A stretch of DNA of 64,000 bases from Acidimicrobiia bacterium (GTDB lineage: Bacteria > Actinomycetota > Acidimicrobiia > Spongiisociales > ZC4RG35), in contig CBDBCY010000004.1 in NCBI GenBank assembly GCA_965203555.1, positions 1,408,001 to 1,472,000 of the forward strand, given 5' to 3'. Made by a program: the position numbers and the translations under genes. Every line of letters begins with the position of its first letter. Within the stretch, counting starts at the first letter, position 1. A model generated the notes under the pieces. The model was not told the DNA's origin. It did not search any database and worked only from the letters and a program-made list of their open reading frames with translations. Shown piece after piece: positions 26,679 through 37,255 of this stretch.

Positions 26679-29600
26679 ATGGGAACCGGAGCGGCCGATC
26701 TCACCGCCGGCCGGGCAGGGAAAGGGCTCCGCCACCTGAACCTGAAGGTCGGATACACCACCTCCGACCAACCCGTCAAGAATTTCTACATCCCAGTGCT
26801 GTCCCGGGCCACCGAGTTGGACCGCATGGCCGGGTACTTTTCGTCCGCCAGTCTCGCTCTCGCCGCCCGCGGACTGGCCGGGCTGATCCGCAACGGGGGC
26901 CGGATGCGGCTGCTGGTGGGGACCGACCTGAAGCCCGAGGACATCGCGGCGATCGAACGGGGCCACAGCCTGGAGTCGGTGGTCACCGAGCATCTTCTCG
27001 CCCTGCTGGAAGGGCGCCCGAGCGAATTGGAGAAGGAGCGACTCAAGGCCCTCTCCTGGATGGTGGCCGACGGAACCCTACAGATCAGAGTGGTGGTCCC
27101 CCGACCCGGGGCCGGCTACTTTCACTCCAAGAACGGCATCGCCACCGACCATCGGGGAGACCGGATCGCCTGGCAGGGAAGCAACAACGAGACCCCCCAC
27201 GGCTGGATAAACAACTACGAGCAGTTCTCGGTGTTCAACAGTTGGGGCACCGAAGACCACGTCGAGTTCGTAGAGGGAGAGTTCCAGCAGGCCTGGAAAG
27301 GCAGGCTGTCCGGGATACATCACTCTCCCCGTCCCCGAAGCGGCCCGTCGCAGGCTCCTCCAATACCGACCGCAGGCACCCCCCGATCGCGACCCCGAGG
27401 AGCCCGATCCCAGGCTCAACGCCCGCCAGGCCGTGATTGCGGCTTGGCTGAGAGACGTTCCCCACCTGCTGGGCATGGAAGGACGGATCGGACCAACCGC
27501 CGCTATCCGGCCCTGGCCGCACCAGCGACTGGTGGCCGACCAGGTGGTGAGCACCTTCCCCGAGAGGTACCTGCTGGCCGACGAGGTGGGGCTCGGCAAG
27601 ACCATCGAGGTGGGGCTGGTACTGCGCGATCTGGTCCTCTCCGAACGGGTGCGCCGGTGCCTGATCCTCGCTCCCGCGTCGGTGCTGCGCCAGTGGCAGG
27701 AGGAACTTTGGGAGAAGTTCGGGATGGCGGTCCCCCGGTATGAGGGAGGGAAGCTGATCGATCCCAGCCCCGGCGCGGGCGCGTCCGGCCCGGGGGCCAG
27801 GGCCGGCTGGCTGGACGAACCGATGGTGCTGGTCTCGAGCCAACTCGCCAAACGAAAGGAACGCCGCGCCGAGCTGTGGGAGAGATCCGACTGGGACATG
27901 GTGGTGGTCGACGAGGCCCACCACGCCCGGCGTAAGGGCCACAACGAGCCGAGGCGTCGACCCAACCGCCTCCTGGAGCTGCTGGAAGGAGTCGGCGGTC
28001 AACCCGGACTCGCCCGCAAGACCCGGGGGCTGCTGCTCCTCACCGCCACCCCCATGCAGGTACACCCGATAGAGGTATGGGACCTGCTCACTCAACTGGG
28101 ACTGCCTGGACGCTGGGGTGCCGATGAGACGAACTTCCTGCGCTACTTCCAAGAGCTGCGGAGAGCCGCCGGCGAGTGGGAGGAGGTGAACTGGCGGCTG
28201 GTGGGGGCCATGGCATCCGACGAACTCCGACACGGCGGCCCTGTCCATCGCGAAATAGAACAATACGTCAAGAACAGGCTGGGTTGGGCGGGGTGGGAAC
28301 GCCTCCGCCGGTATCCCGACCGGCCGGGCCGGATCCCCGCCATCCGGGACCCCGGGGAGCGGGCCGCCCTGCTTCGGATGTTCGGCCATCTCACGCCGCT
28401 GCGTCGCCGCATGCACCGCAACACCCGGCAACTGCTGCGGGAATATCGCGACCGGGGGATACTGGACGCCCGGCTGGCCGAGCGGCGTCCCCAACCGCGC
28501 TGGGTGACCATGTCGCCGGCGGAGCGAGCCCTGTACGACCGGGTGGAGGAGTACATCTCCGACTTCTATGCCCGCTACGAGGGCCGGCGCAGAGGCCTGG
28601 GATTCGTGATGACCGTCTACCGGCGACGGCTGACCAGTTCCTTCCACGCCCTGGAACAGAGCCTGCGCCGCCGCCTCGAATTCCTCCGCGGAGAGAGTTC
28701 CACCTGGGCCACCGACGAGGACCTGGAGGAAGACGACCTGCAGACCGACGTCTCCGAGGAGATCGAGGACGATCCCGGCGGTCTCCGATCGCTGTACGCC
28801 GAGGAGATCGGGTACGTGGAGGACTTCCTCGGCGCCCTGGGGAACCTGGGGACCGACACCAAGTACGCCCGCCTGGCGGACGACGTCGACCGAGCCCTGG
28901 CCCGGCGCCCCAACATGGTGATCTTCACCCAGTACACCGACACCATGGACTACCTCCGAGCGCATCTGCGGGCGGTGTACGGGCGCCGTGTCGCCTGCTA
29001 CTCAGGACGGGGCGGGGAGCGATGGACCGGGGCGGAATGGGAACAGGTCGGCAAGGAACAGATCAAGGGCGCCTTCCGGAACGGTGAGATCCAGATCCTG
29101 CTGGGCACCGACGCCATGGCCGAGGGACTCAACCTGCAGTCCTGCGGGGTGGAGATCAACTACGACGTGCCCTGGAACCCGATGCGCCTGGAGCAACGGA
29201 TCGGGCGGGTGGACCGCATCGGACAGCGGTTCCCCACCGTCTGGATCTGGAATTACTTTCTGGAGGACACCATCGAAGCGGAGGTCTACCGACGGCTGAT
29301 GGACCGCATCGACTGGTTCCAGAGCGTGGTGGGCGCCCTCCAACCCATCCTGCACCGGGTGGACCGTACCATCCGCAGCCTGGCGATGCAGACCCCGGCG
29401 CAGCGGCGCGGGCGGATCGAACAGGAACTGGCCGAGATCGACGACCAGGTCACCGCCGCCGAGGGGGGTTTCGATCCCACCGATCACCTCACCCGCACCA
29501 CCCCGTCGTCGCCGCCGCCCCCACCGGCCACCCCCGACCAACTCCGGCGCTTCTTCACCGAGTCCTCCCCCACGCTCCGAACCCGCCTTCGTCCCCATCC

Positions 29601-30312
29601 CGATCTCCCCGGTGCCTACCGGGTGAGGTGGGAGAACCGGGACACAACAGCCACCTTCTCGCCCGACCTGGCCCGCCGCCACCCCGACACCCTGCGGTTG
29701 CTGACCTTCGGCGACCCGTTGTTCGAGCACCTGCTGGGCGAGGTCGACGATGCCGCACCGTCGCGGTTCGGCCTGGCGCGACTGCAAGCCCGGCTGGAGG
29801 GACGACGCCGGATCGGCTGGTATCGCAACCGGCAGGGCCGCCCCTCTCTCATCGAGTCGATGTCGGAGCTGGAGGACGCCCTGGACCGAGCGCCCGACCG
29901 GCCCGCCCTCGGGGAGGAGGCGGCCCGAGACGCCTTCGACGCGCAGCTCGCCCAGGAGACCGACCGCCGCCGCCGGGCGGAGACCGCAATCGCCGAGGAA
30001 CAGCGTTCGGCGCTGCTGGAAGAGGCCCGCCGCCTGCTTGCCCGCGCCGCCTGCACCTGGGCCGCCCGCCGGGCCAACCTGTTCGCAGCGGAGACCGCCT
30101 CATTGCCGGATAACACCATCGAGGCCATGGCCGGCGCCGAGGGTTACCCCTGGGCCGGCCTGCTGGCGCTGCTCGGCGCCCCCACCCCTCCGTCGCCCGA
30201 CGCCGAGCAGTGGCAGGAGGCATCCACCCTGACCGACCGCCAGCTACAGGCCCGCCACCGCTCCCTCAAAACCCGAGCCGAACTACTCCTCCACCGCCTC
30301 GCCGCCACCTGA
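26679..30312 (+). pseudogene. PLD-nuclease/SNF2 helicase fusion, frameshifted near 27312-27319
   Basis: PLD HSKNGI and GSNNET; after the shift ITLPVPEAARRRLLQYRP... runs in frame into ORF 27433-30312 with LLADEVGLGKT, DEAHH, TATP, EGLNLQ, PWNPMRLEQRIGRVDRIGQ. Confidence 0.88.
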
Positions 30313-30381
30313 TTCAGCCCGCAGGACCACCGAGAAAACTCCCCAGTGCCCCTCCCGCCCCCGTTGCCACTCATCGAGCAA

Positions 30382-30399
30382 CCCGGAGGCGTCTCCGGG
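30382..30399. terminator. GC-rich hairpin after the helicase gene
   Basis: CCCGGAG-gcgt-CTCCGGG followed by cactttgatt. Confidence 0.4.
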
Positions 30400-30404
30400 C
30401 ACTT

Positions 30405-30475
30405 TGATTAATCTTATGCTCAGGAACCATAAGATCAATAAGATGCTGATAGAAACATAAGATCAGGTAAGATTC
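30405..30475 (+). promoter_or_regulatory. AT-rich patch with clustered TAAGAT repeats upstream of the AAA ATPase
   Basis: TAAGAT at 30430, 30439, 30458, 30468; inverted ATCTTA at 30411; CATAAGATCA twice, 28 bp apart. Confidence 0.55.
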
Positions 30476-30481
30476 ATCAAA

Positions 30482-31651
30482 ATGGAGGGTCTCGACAACC
30501 CCTACCGCCCCGGCGCCGGGACTCCCCCACCCGCCCTGATCGGCCGTGAGGAACTGACGGACGGTTTCGAAATGGCTGTGCGGCGGGCACTGGCCGGACG
30601 ACCGGGCAAGAGCTACATGCCCATCGGATTGCACGGCGTCGGCAAGACCGTGCTGCTGAACCGATTCGCCCAGATCGCCGAGAACCACGGCATGAAGGTC
30701 GGATTCATCGAAGCGCCGGAAGGTGACGACTTTCTCCACATCCTGGCGATCAGGTTGCGCAGGGTGCTGCTGCAACTGGGCAGAAGAAGAGTCCGAAGAG
30801 CAGTGAGCAGAGCCCTGGGGGCGCTCAAGTCGTTCACCCTGCAACTTCCGGATGGCTCTTCGATCGCGCTGGGGGTGGACGCCCTGTTCGGCCAAGCCGA
30901 CTCCGGCATTCTGTCCGAGGACCTTACCGACGTCCTGGTCTCGGTCGGAGAAGCCGCCCGGGAGTGCGGGTCCGGCCTCGTCTTGGCCGTGGACGAGATA
31001 CAGTACCTGTCCGCCGTAGAACTGGGAGGATTGATCGCCGCCATCCACCGGACCACCCAACTGGAATTGCCGGTGGTCCTGGTCGGCGCCGGACTACCGC
31101 AGCTGCCCGGGATCGCCGGGAATGCCAAGTCCTACGCCGAACGCCTCTTCGAATTTCCCGAGATCGGATCGCTGTCGCCCGAACAGGCCGCCGACGCCCT
31201 CCTCCTGCCTGCCCGCCAACTCGGAGTGGACTTCGAGCCCGCCGCCTTGCAGTACCTGGCCGACCGCTCGCACGGTTATCCGTACTTCCTCCAAGAGTGG
31301 GGTCACCATGTGTGGAACGGGGCGCCGGGCAGCCCGATAACCAGGGAGGACGCCGTCTCGGTTCGCCAGGAGGTGATCGCCACGCTGGACAGGAACTTCT
31401 TCCTGGTCCGCACCGATCGACTGACGCCGAAAGAACGAGAATACCTGCGGGCCATGGCCGAACTGGGACCCGGTCCCCACCGCTCCGGTGACATAGCAGC
31501 CGAACTCGGAGTGAAAGTCGAATCGGTGGGGCCGCGACGATCCGCCCTCATCGCCAAGGGAATGCTCTACAGCCCCGCTCACGGCGACACCGCCTTCACC
31601 GTTCCCCTCCTCGACAGTTTCCTGCGCAGACGCTTCCCCTTGGCGAAATAG
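30482..31651 (+). CDS. AAA_16-type P-loop ATPase with probable C-terminal winged helix
   Basis: NPYRPGAGTPPP.L.GR, GLHGVGKT, LAVDEIQ, KSYAERLF, GYPYFLQ, RSALIAKGMLY..FTVPL. Confidence 0.85.
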   Translation: MEGLDNPYRPGAGTPPPALIGREELTDGFEMAVRRALAGRPGKSYMPIGLHGVGKTVLLNRFAQIAENHGMKVGFIEAPEGDDFLHILAIRLRRVLLQLGRRRVRRAVSRALGALKSFTLQLPDGSSIALGVDALFGQADSGILSEDLTDVLVSVGEAARECGSGLVLAVDEIQYLSAVELGGLIAAIHRTTQLELPVVLVGAGLPQLPGIAGNAKSYAERLFEFPEIGSLSPEQAADALLLPARQLGVDFEPAALQYLADRSHGYPYFLQEWGHHVWNGAPGSPITREDAVSVRQEVIATLDRNFFLVRTDRLTPKEREYLRAMAELGPGPHRSGDIAAELGVKVESVGPRRSALIAKGMLYSPAHGDTAFTVPLLDSFLRRRFPLAK

Positions 31652-31934
31652 CCGACAGTCCGCAAGGATGACCTCGAGAGGTGCTGAGGGCGGTGACCCT
31701 TATAATCTTCAGAGGAATGATCCTTCTGCCCCGACAGTTGTCATCAGAGACACGATTAGGATCACAACATAGGATTCCCCCTTATGGGCAGGGGGATAGG
31801 AAAGGCATCGCCCGTGCCGATCCGCCTCAACGAGAAAGGGGCGTCGGTAACTAAGTCCGGCCTAGAGACTTTTAGGATCGCCCGACGCCCCGGACTCAAT
31901 CCTACCGAGTGTCACACCCTTCTGTTAGCCAACC

Positions 31935-32140
31935 TGTTCGCATGGCGCACCAACGCCTTCTCCCCAAGAAGCTCGTCAACCACCCTCACGGCATGAGCCT
32001 GTATTCATGAACTACAACTCTGCCCACCTCCACCACACGCTGGAGGGCAAACTCGGCGATGGTTGCGGGGGTAGCGGATCATCGGTGGACCCACACCGAG
32101 ATCATCGACCGCGTTGCCGGTTCCAACTGAAACCACTACC
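31935..32140 (+). mobile_element. IS1-family-like transposase 3' remnant with putative right end
   Basis: Frameshifted peptide TNAFS-KKLVNHPHGMSLY-MNYN...HHTL...AMVAGVADHRWTHTEII followed by terminal CAACTGAAACCACTACC (reverse complement GGTAGTGGTTTCAGTTG). Confidence 0.7.
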
Positions 32141-32262
32141 CGGGTTTGCCCGCATTTGCGACAATGCAACCGGTCAGGTAAAGGTCATCCCCACCAGCAA
32201 CAAGGTGGGAATGGTTGCGAGATCGGGATCGACCACCGGGCGGGAGGGGCCGGTGCCCGCGG

Positions 32263-32985
32263 TCAGGTCAGGCGAGCCACCCGGACCTGTGCCTCGGCCA
32301 TGTGGAGAGAGGCGACCACCGGATCGATGCAGAACGCGTCGATTTGATCAGCCACCTCGCCGACCAGACCTCCCCACAGCGTGCATCCGAAGAAGACGGC
32401 CTCCACATGATCCCGTTCGATCATGGCTCGGGCGGATTCGACTCCCACCGCGTGGAGTTGGCGCCGGAACTGCTCCTCTACGATTTCGGCGGTGACCTCG
32501 GTGTTGCCCACCAGCGACTCCTCACCCTCCACGTGCAGGGGCACGAAGACAACCGAAGTAAAGGCCCCCGCAAGCCCGTAGGCGCCGAGCAGGCGGTGAG
32601 TCATGTTGGCGATCCGGCGCCGACCATGTTCGTCGGGTGACAGCATGCCGACGGTGGCCCCCCGGCCGGCGGCCAATGCAACCGCGGCCTGGAGCGGACC
32701 GATCACCGGAATCTTGACGCAGCGCTGCACCTCCAGCAACGCCGGGTCCGCACAGCATCCGATGATGGCTGCGTCGGCGCCTTCGCGTTCCGCCCGGAGA
32801 ACCTCGCCGATCAGTTCGTTCATGTACAGGGGCTCGAGGGGAAGCATGGGTCCGGCGAGTTCGGGGGGCAATTCCAAGTGGCGCACCTCGACGGACACAC
32901 CGGCGGAGGCGTGCTTCTCCAAGATGGACAGCATCCGTTTGGTGTGAAGGTCACTTCCGATGGGTTCTATGTAGCGGATCAACAT
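32263..32985 (-). CDS. Asp/Glu/hydantoin racemase family protein
   Basis: ADAAIIGCCADPAL, IPVIGP, FFGCTLWG (two catalytic Cys motifs), IDPV; SD GGAGGA before ATG 32985. Confidence 0.85.
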   Translation of the reverse strand: MLIRYIEPIGSDLHTKRMLSILEKHASAGVSVEVRHLELPPELAGPMLPLEPLYMNELIGEVLRAEREGADAAIIGCCADPALLEVQRCVKIPVIGPLQAAVALAAGRGATVGMLSPDEHGRRRIANMTHRLLGAYGLAGAFTSVVFVPLHVEGEESLVGNTEVTAEIVEEQFRRQLHAVGVESARAMIERDHVEAVFFGCTLWGGLVGEVADQIDAFCIDPVVASLHMAEAQVRVARLT

Positions 32986-33119
32986 GTGCTCTTCCTCCTG
33001 GACTCGGCGCCTCGATGGCCGGTCGAATATCACACAGGGTTGATCCAGAATATAGTCAGGGCCTGCGGCGTCGCTCCTGGCGGACCGGGACATCCGGTGG
33101 CATCGGTCCCAGTCGACCC

Positions 33120-33908
33120 TCAGCGCAGGCCTGCGGGATAGTCACCGGGAGCGTCGGCTTGCCGGGAGGCTTGCGCGCCGGCGCGGATCAACAGCAGGGC
33201 CACCGTGGGCGTACCGGTCAGGGCCCCGCCGTGCCACACCCCCGCCGGTCTGTAGAAATACCCCTCTCTGTTAAGCTCCGCGACCTCCGGCCCGTTCTTG
33301 AGTTGGGAGGCCTGCCGCCACGTCCCCTCCAGGACGAACACCTCGGTGGGCTCATCATCCACGTACCAACGATCCAGGTGCAGATCGACCGCGGCGGTCT
33401 GCCAGAATAACCCACCCCGCAGCGACGGCCCCAATGGGCGTTGCCGGGAATTGGGCGGTGCCCCCGGCATCCGGGTCCACTCCCGCTCTCCCGCAGCCAC
33501 CGGCGCCGGTCGGTCGACCTCCTCGTCGCCCTCTCCCGGCACGAACCTGAGGGGGGCGCCGGAGAAAAGCAACACGGAAGCGCCTTTGCTGCTCCCCAAC
33601 CCGTTCACAATCGTTCCCCCCCGGGCGCCCCAGAGAGTGTGGGCGATCAAAATGCGGCCGTCAGCTTCTACCTCACCGGATAGAACGAACAGTTCCACAT
33701 CGCCGCTGAAGGAACCAGACCGCAACGTCCCCCAACCCGCAGGTAACTGCAGGAGCCGGGTGGAGGGCCCCGAACCATCGCGGCTCAGGATCCAGGTGGC
33801 CGGCCGGCCCTCCAGGCCGTAGATGGTCATTGGCCGGGACGGGAAATCCCGAGGGTTGGGAAGGGTAAGGGGTTGGAAGCGCCGATCGGCTACGCCGGGA
33901 TCATCCAC
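33120..33908 (-). CDS. Tandem cupin-like protein (DUF4437/ChrR-like)
   Basis: LSRDGSGPSTRLLQLPAGW, ELFVLSG, EVFVLEG, YFYRPAGVWHG; start uncertain. Confidence 0.6.
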   Translation of the reverse strand: MDDPGVADRRFQPLTLPNPRDFPSRPMTIYGLEGRPATWILSRDGSGPSTRLLQLPAGWGTLRSGSFSGDVELFVLSGEVEADGRILIAHTLWGARGGTIVNGLGSSKGASVLLFSGAPLRFVPGEGDEEVDRPAPVAAGEREWTRMPGAPPNSRQRPLGPSLRGGLFWQTAAVDLHLDRWYVDDEPTEVFVLEGTWRQASQLKNGPEVAELNREGYFYRPAGVWHGGALTGTPTVALLLIRAGAQASRQADAPGDYPAGLR

Positions 33909-33924
33909 CTTCCTGGAGTTGCCT

Positions 33925-34794
33925 CTATGAGAAGTCGAACAGTCGCATGGCGTTCCCACCCCGGATGGCGTCACGGTCTGCCGCTGACAGATCGGGCAGG
34001 TAGTTGTCCACCAACGCCAACTGTTCGGGATAGCCGGGTTCCACCGCGATCCATGGGTAGTCCGAGGCCCACATCATCCGGTCGGCGCCGAACATCCCGT
34101 ACACGGCGTCCACCGTCGACTGCAGGTCGGGATGGGGATAAGGTTCGTGGGTAAAGGCGTACTGTCCGGACAGATGTACGTACACGTTGGGGCGGGCGGC
34201 GATCACCTCTATGGTCGGCAGGGATTTGGGCGGAAGCGCCAGGCTGAACCGGGGACGGCCCCACTCGTCGGCTCTGATCTCATCCCAGATGCTGGGGCAG
34301 AACCCCAGGTGGTTGATGACCACGGTCAGATCGGGAATGTGATCCAGCACCCGATCCAGCAGCAATACCTGTTCTTCAGTCGCATAGAACCACAGCTTCA
34401 CCCCGTCGGCGGCCATCTGCTCCAGGACGGGAAACATCTCGATCCGGTCGGCAGGTTGAGTGGGATCGGGATCGAGGTTGAACAGTCGGAAACCCTGGAA
34501 GGGCGTGGCCCGGCGGCGTTCCCGGTAATTGGCGAGTTGATCTTCGGCAGTTACATCCTGCACTCCCACGATGGCGAACAGGTCCGGCCTGGTGGCCACC
34601 ACGTCCCGCACGTACTCATCGTGATGGGAGATCGACACGATAACCGCCTTGTCCACTCCCGCCCGCTCCATGTAACCGAAGTACTCGTCCATCGGCGCCC
34701 GACGCTCCGGCGGCGTCAAACCCGGAAACACATCGCGAGGAAATTGCTCGGAAATCGACTCGAACAGATGGAGGTGGGCATCGACCACCGTCAT
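33925..34794 (-). CDS. Amidohydrolase_2 family protein (lactonase-like)
   Basis: VDAHLH, VINHLGF, NVYVHLSG, RMMWASDYPW, IRGGNA; SD AAGGAG. Confidence 0.88.
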   Translation of the reverse strand: MTVVDAHLHLFESISEQFPRDVFPGLTPPERRAPMDEYFGYMERAGVDKAVIVSISHHDEYVRDVVATRPDLFAIVGVQDVTAEDQLANYRERRRATPFQGFRLFNLDPDPTQPADRIEMFPVLEQMAADGVKLWFYATEEQVLLLDRVLDHIPDLTVVINHLGFCPSIWDEIRADEWGRPRFSLALPPKSLPTIEVIAARPNVYVHLSGQYAFTHEPYPHPDLQSTVDAVYGMFGADRMMWASDYPWIAVEPGYPEQLALVDNYLPDLSAADRDAIRGGNAMRLFDFS

Positions 34795-35048
34795 GGGAGC
34801 TCCTTTCAAAGACCGTTAGAGATATCGTAACCTCACGCCACCACCGTCAGGCAGGTGGCATCGGGAGCCATGTGGAATACCACCGACACCCGCCTTCGTG
34901 GATTCGGCTGTTGCCCTGTTGTTGGCCCTTGTCTTCCTCTTGTCATTGGCCATCTGGGGACCAGTGGGCGAAACCCCGTCCTATGAATAAAATGCGTCCG
35001 ACCATAAACCTGCCACAAGAAACGTGCTGCTTATCGTAAGCTGAGATC

Positions 35049-35369
35049 ATGTTGCTTTCTACCACTTCTGAAGTTCCAGGACACACCGTCACCGGCTACA
35101 AGGGTGTAGTCATATCACAGGTCACTGCGGGTCGCCACCTCGGGAAAGATGTCCTGGCAGGCGTTCGGGACGTGTTCGGCGGCCGGAGCAAATCTCTGGA
35201 GAAAGACCTGGAGGCGGCCCGCCAGGAGGCTCTCTCGGAGTTGGCGGCCAAGGCGCAGAGGATGGGCGCCAACGCGGTGGTCGGCATCCGGCTCGACATG
35301 GAGAATGTGGGAGGATCGATGCTGCTCTTCGTCGGCCAGGGCACTGCGGTGACGGCCGTCCCCAACTAG
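35049..35369 (+). CDS. YbjQ/UPF0145 family protein
   Basis: RDVFGGRS..LE..L..AR, GANAVVGIRLD, GTAV. Confidence 0.9.
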   Translation: MLLSTTSEVPGHTVTGYKGVVISQVTAGRHLGKDVLAGVRDVFGGRSKSLEKDLEAARQEALSELAAKAQRMGANAVVGIRLDMENVGGSMLLFVGQGTAVTAVPN

Positions 35370-35430
35370 GGTCCCTTCCCACCGCCTGATTCTCCCGGGC
35401 CGTTCTCATCCACAGGGCGGGTACGCGCTA

Positions 35431-35787
35431 TCAACGGCGGAGCCGAGGCACGCAGTAGAACAGGGCGATCAGCGGAACCACCGAGAAAATCAAAGGCAGC
35501 CACCAGTCACCCCTGGTGACCCCCGCCCGGATCGCCAGGGAGATGAACGCGTCCGACGCCACACTGAGCAGCAGCAGCGCCACGGTGACCCTCACCAGTA
35601 GCCGGGACGCCTCGGCGCCGAACGCCAGAACCAGCAGTGCCACCGCCGCCGCCGGATGGACACCCACCAGGTTCAGCCGCTCCCACCACTGCCCCCCGTC
35701 CGCAAAGCTGCCCACCATAGCCGCCAGGACAACCAGCAGAGTATGCACCACCACCAGCACCCGCACGTACCCGGGAAACCTGCTCAT
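35431..35787 (-). CDS. Small four-TM membrane protein
   Basis: Four hydrophobic segments, GC-rich third positions. Confidence 0.6.
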   Translation of the reverse strand: MSRFPGYVRVLVVVHTLLVVLAAMVGSFADGGQWWERLNLVGVHPAAAVALLVLAFGAEASRLLVRVTVALLLLSVASDAFISLAIRAGVTRGDWWLPLIFSVVPLIALFYCVPRLRR

Positions 35788-35979
35788 AAACCCAGGGTAC
35801 ATCCCACAATCGATGCAAGCGATCCGCATCTGCTATCTGAGGCCAATCCCGTTCGACCGACCAGCTTCCCGGTGGCAACTGTCACACCCTCTCCCTACCG
35901 TCCCAGAGAAACACATCAGGAGCAATCCTGGGAACGATACTGACCGTTGTACCACCTCCACACCTCGGAGGAAGTGCAG

Positions 35980-36306
35980 ATGTCGATGGTGGAAGATCAC
36001 TCCACCGCCCGGCGCGGATGGATGATCCCCCGCGCCGAGCAGTTCTTCCCGAGCGATCATCTGCGTACCGAACCGCTGAGGGCAACCCGCAGGACCGCCC
36101 TGGACCTGATGGACCAGGCGCGGGCAGTCCTCGACTCCCTGATGCTGGTTGCCATCTTCCTCATGTCGTTGACCCCGCCGGAGTACGGGAAGCCAAAACG
36201 TCACCACCCAAGCCTATGGGAAAATGGTTGGTGGAGACCCTGCCGGGCAAGATCGACCTTGAGACTCCCAGCCGTCGGGAACCCCCAAGAGAGATACCCT
36301 TTCTGA
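35980..36306 (+). CDS. Hypothetical protein (uncertain)
   Basis: SD GGAGGA before ATG 35980; no recognisable family. Confidence 0.3.
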   Translation: MSMVEDHSTARRGWMIPRAEQFFPSDHLRTEPLRATRRTALDLMDQARAVLDSLMLVAIFLMSLTPPEYGKPKRHHPSLWENGWWRPCRARSTLRLPAVGNPQERYPF

Positions 36307-36319
36307 TCCGCGCCGACGA

Positions 36320-37039
36320 ATGAGAGGTTCTGCTCGCCATGAAGGAGCGGAGATGAGGTGGCGGGTAAACTGCGTGAGGGCTTCCCGGCTTCTGCCCGAA
36401 ATAGCAAAACCGACCGAAAGGCTCAGGGCGATCTCCGACACGTTCATCGGGAAAGGCATATACGACCAGGTCGATGCGGCTCGATTGATCCGCAGGCACC
36501 CTGAAACAGTCGCCCGGTGGACAGATGGGAAGCAGTCGTTGCATCCTGTTTCCCCTTCCGCCTACCTGGAGTTCCTGGACGTGATCAGCCTCTACGTGAT
36601 CTCCCAGCTGCGGGAGCGGGAGGTCTCCCTGAACGACATTCGCCGGGGCCGGGAGTATCTCACCGAGAGGTTGCAAACTCCATATCCTTTTGCGCACCGA
36701 CGGTTGGCCACCGTCGGCACAGCATTCTTCGGCGAGATCGAACAGTGGGTCGATGTTGGCCGGCGAGGCCAAGGGGCCTTCAAAACCATGATCACGGATG
36801 TCCTGGCACCGATCGGATACGGCTCGGACGGACTGGCGAGTGTGTGGAAACCGGCCCCAGGTGTGTGGATCAACCCCCTCATCCAAACAGGCTCACCCTG
36901 TATCGAAGGAACCAGAGTGCCCACTCGGGTGCTGGCGGAGATGGCCGCAGCCGGAGATGATCCCGCCGAGATAGCCGACGACTACGCCTTGGAACTCATC
37001 CAAGTGGAAGCCGCGCTGGCCTACGAACAGGCAACCTGA
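36320..37039 (+). CDS. HTH plus DUF433 antitoxin (VapB45-like)
   Basis: GIY...DAARL, FLDVISL, PYPFA, INPLIQTGSPCIEGTRVPT, EIADDY.L...QVEAALAYE; real start may be further downstream. Confidence 0.85.
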   Translation: MRGSARHEGAEMRWRVNCVRASRLLPEIAKPTERLRAISDTFIGKGIYDQVDAARLIRRHPETVARWTDGKQSLHPVSPSAYLEFLDVISLYVISQLREREVSLNDIRRGREYLTERLQTPYPFAHRRLATVGTAFFGEIEQWVDVGRRGQGAFKTMITDVLAPIGYGSDGLASVWKPAPGVWINPLIQTGSPCIEGTRVPTRVLAEMAAAGDDPAEIADDYALELIQVEAALAYEQAT

Positions 37040-37050
37040 GCAGAAGTTGC

Positions 37051-37161
37051 GTGGCGAGGGCAGAGTCTTCGTTCAGCTTGCTGTTCGACGAGAGTCTCCC
37101 GTGGAAGGTGGCTGCTGAAAGGGTGATGATCATGGATCCGTCGCGTCAGGATACCGCTTAG
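37051..37161 (+). pseudogene. Truncated PIN-like toxin remnant
   Basis: GTG start, then ...FSLLFDESLPWKVAA (PIN strand 1 with catalytic Asp) and a stop after 36 codons. Confidence 0.6.
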
Positions 37162-37255
37162 CCGCCCACAAGGGGCGTTCCGACTTCCTGGTGAACTCGG
37201 CACACCGAACCGCGCCACCCACTCCCCAACCGTCCATCCGGCGTCAGAACCGTGC

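Noticed and set aside
18900-32140. Integrative element or prophage as carrier of the defence island
   Set aside because: No integrase, tRNA, att-like direct repeats or phage genes seen; only an IS relic.
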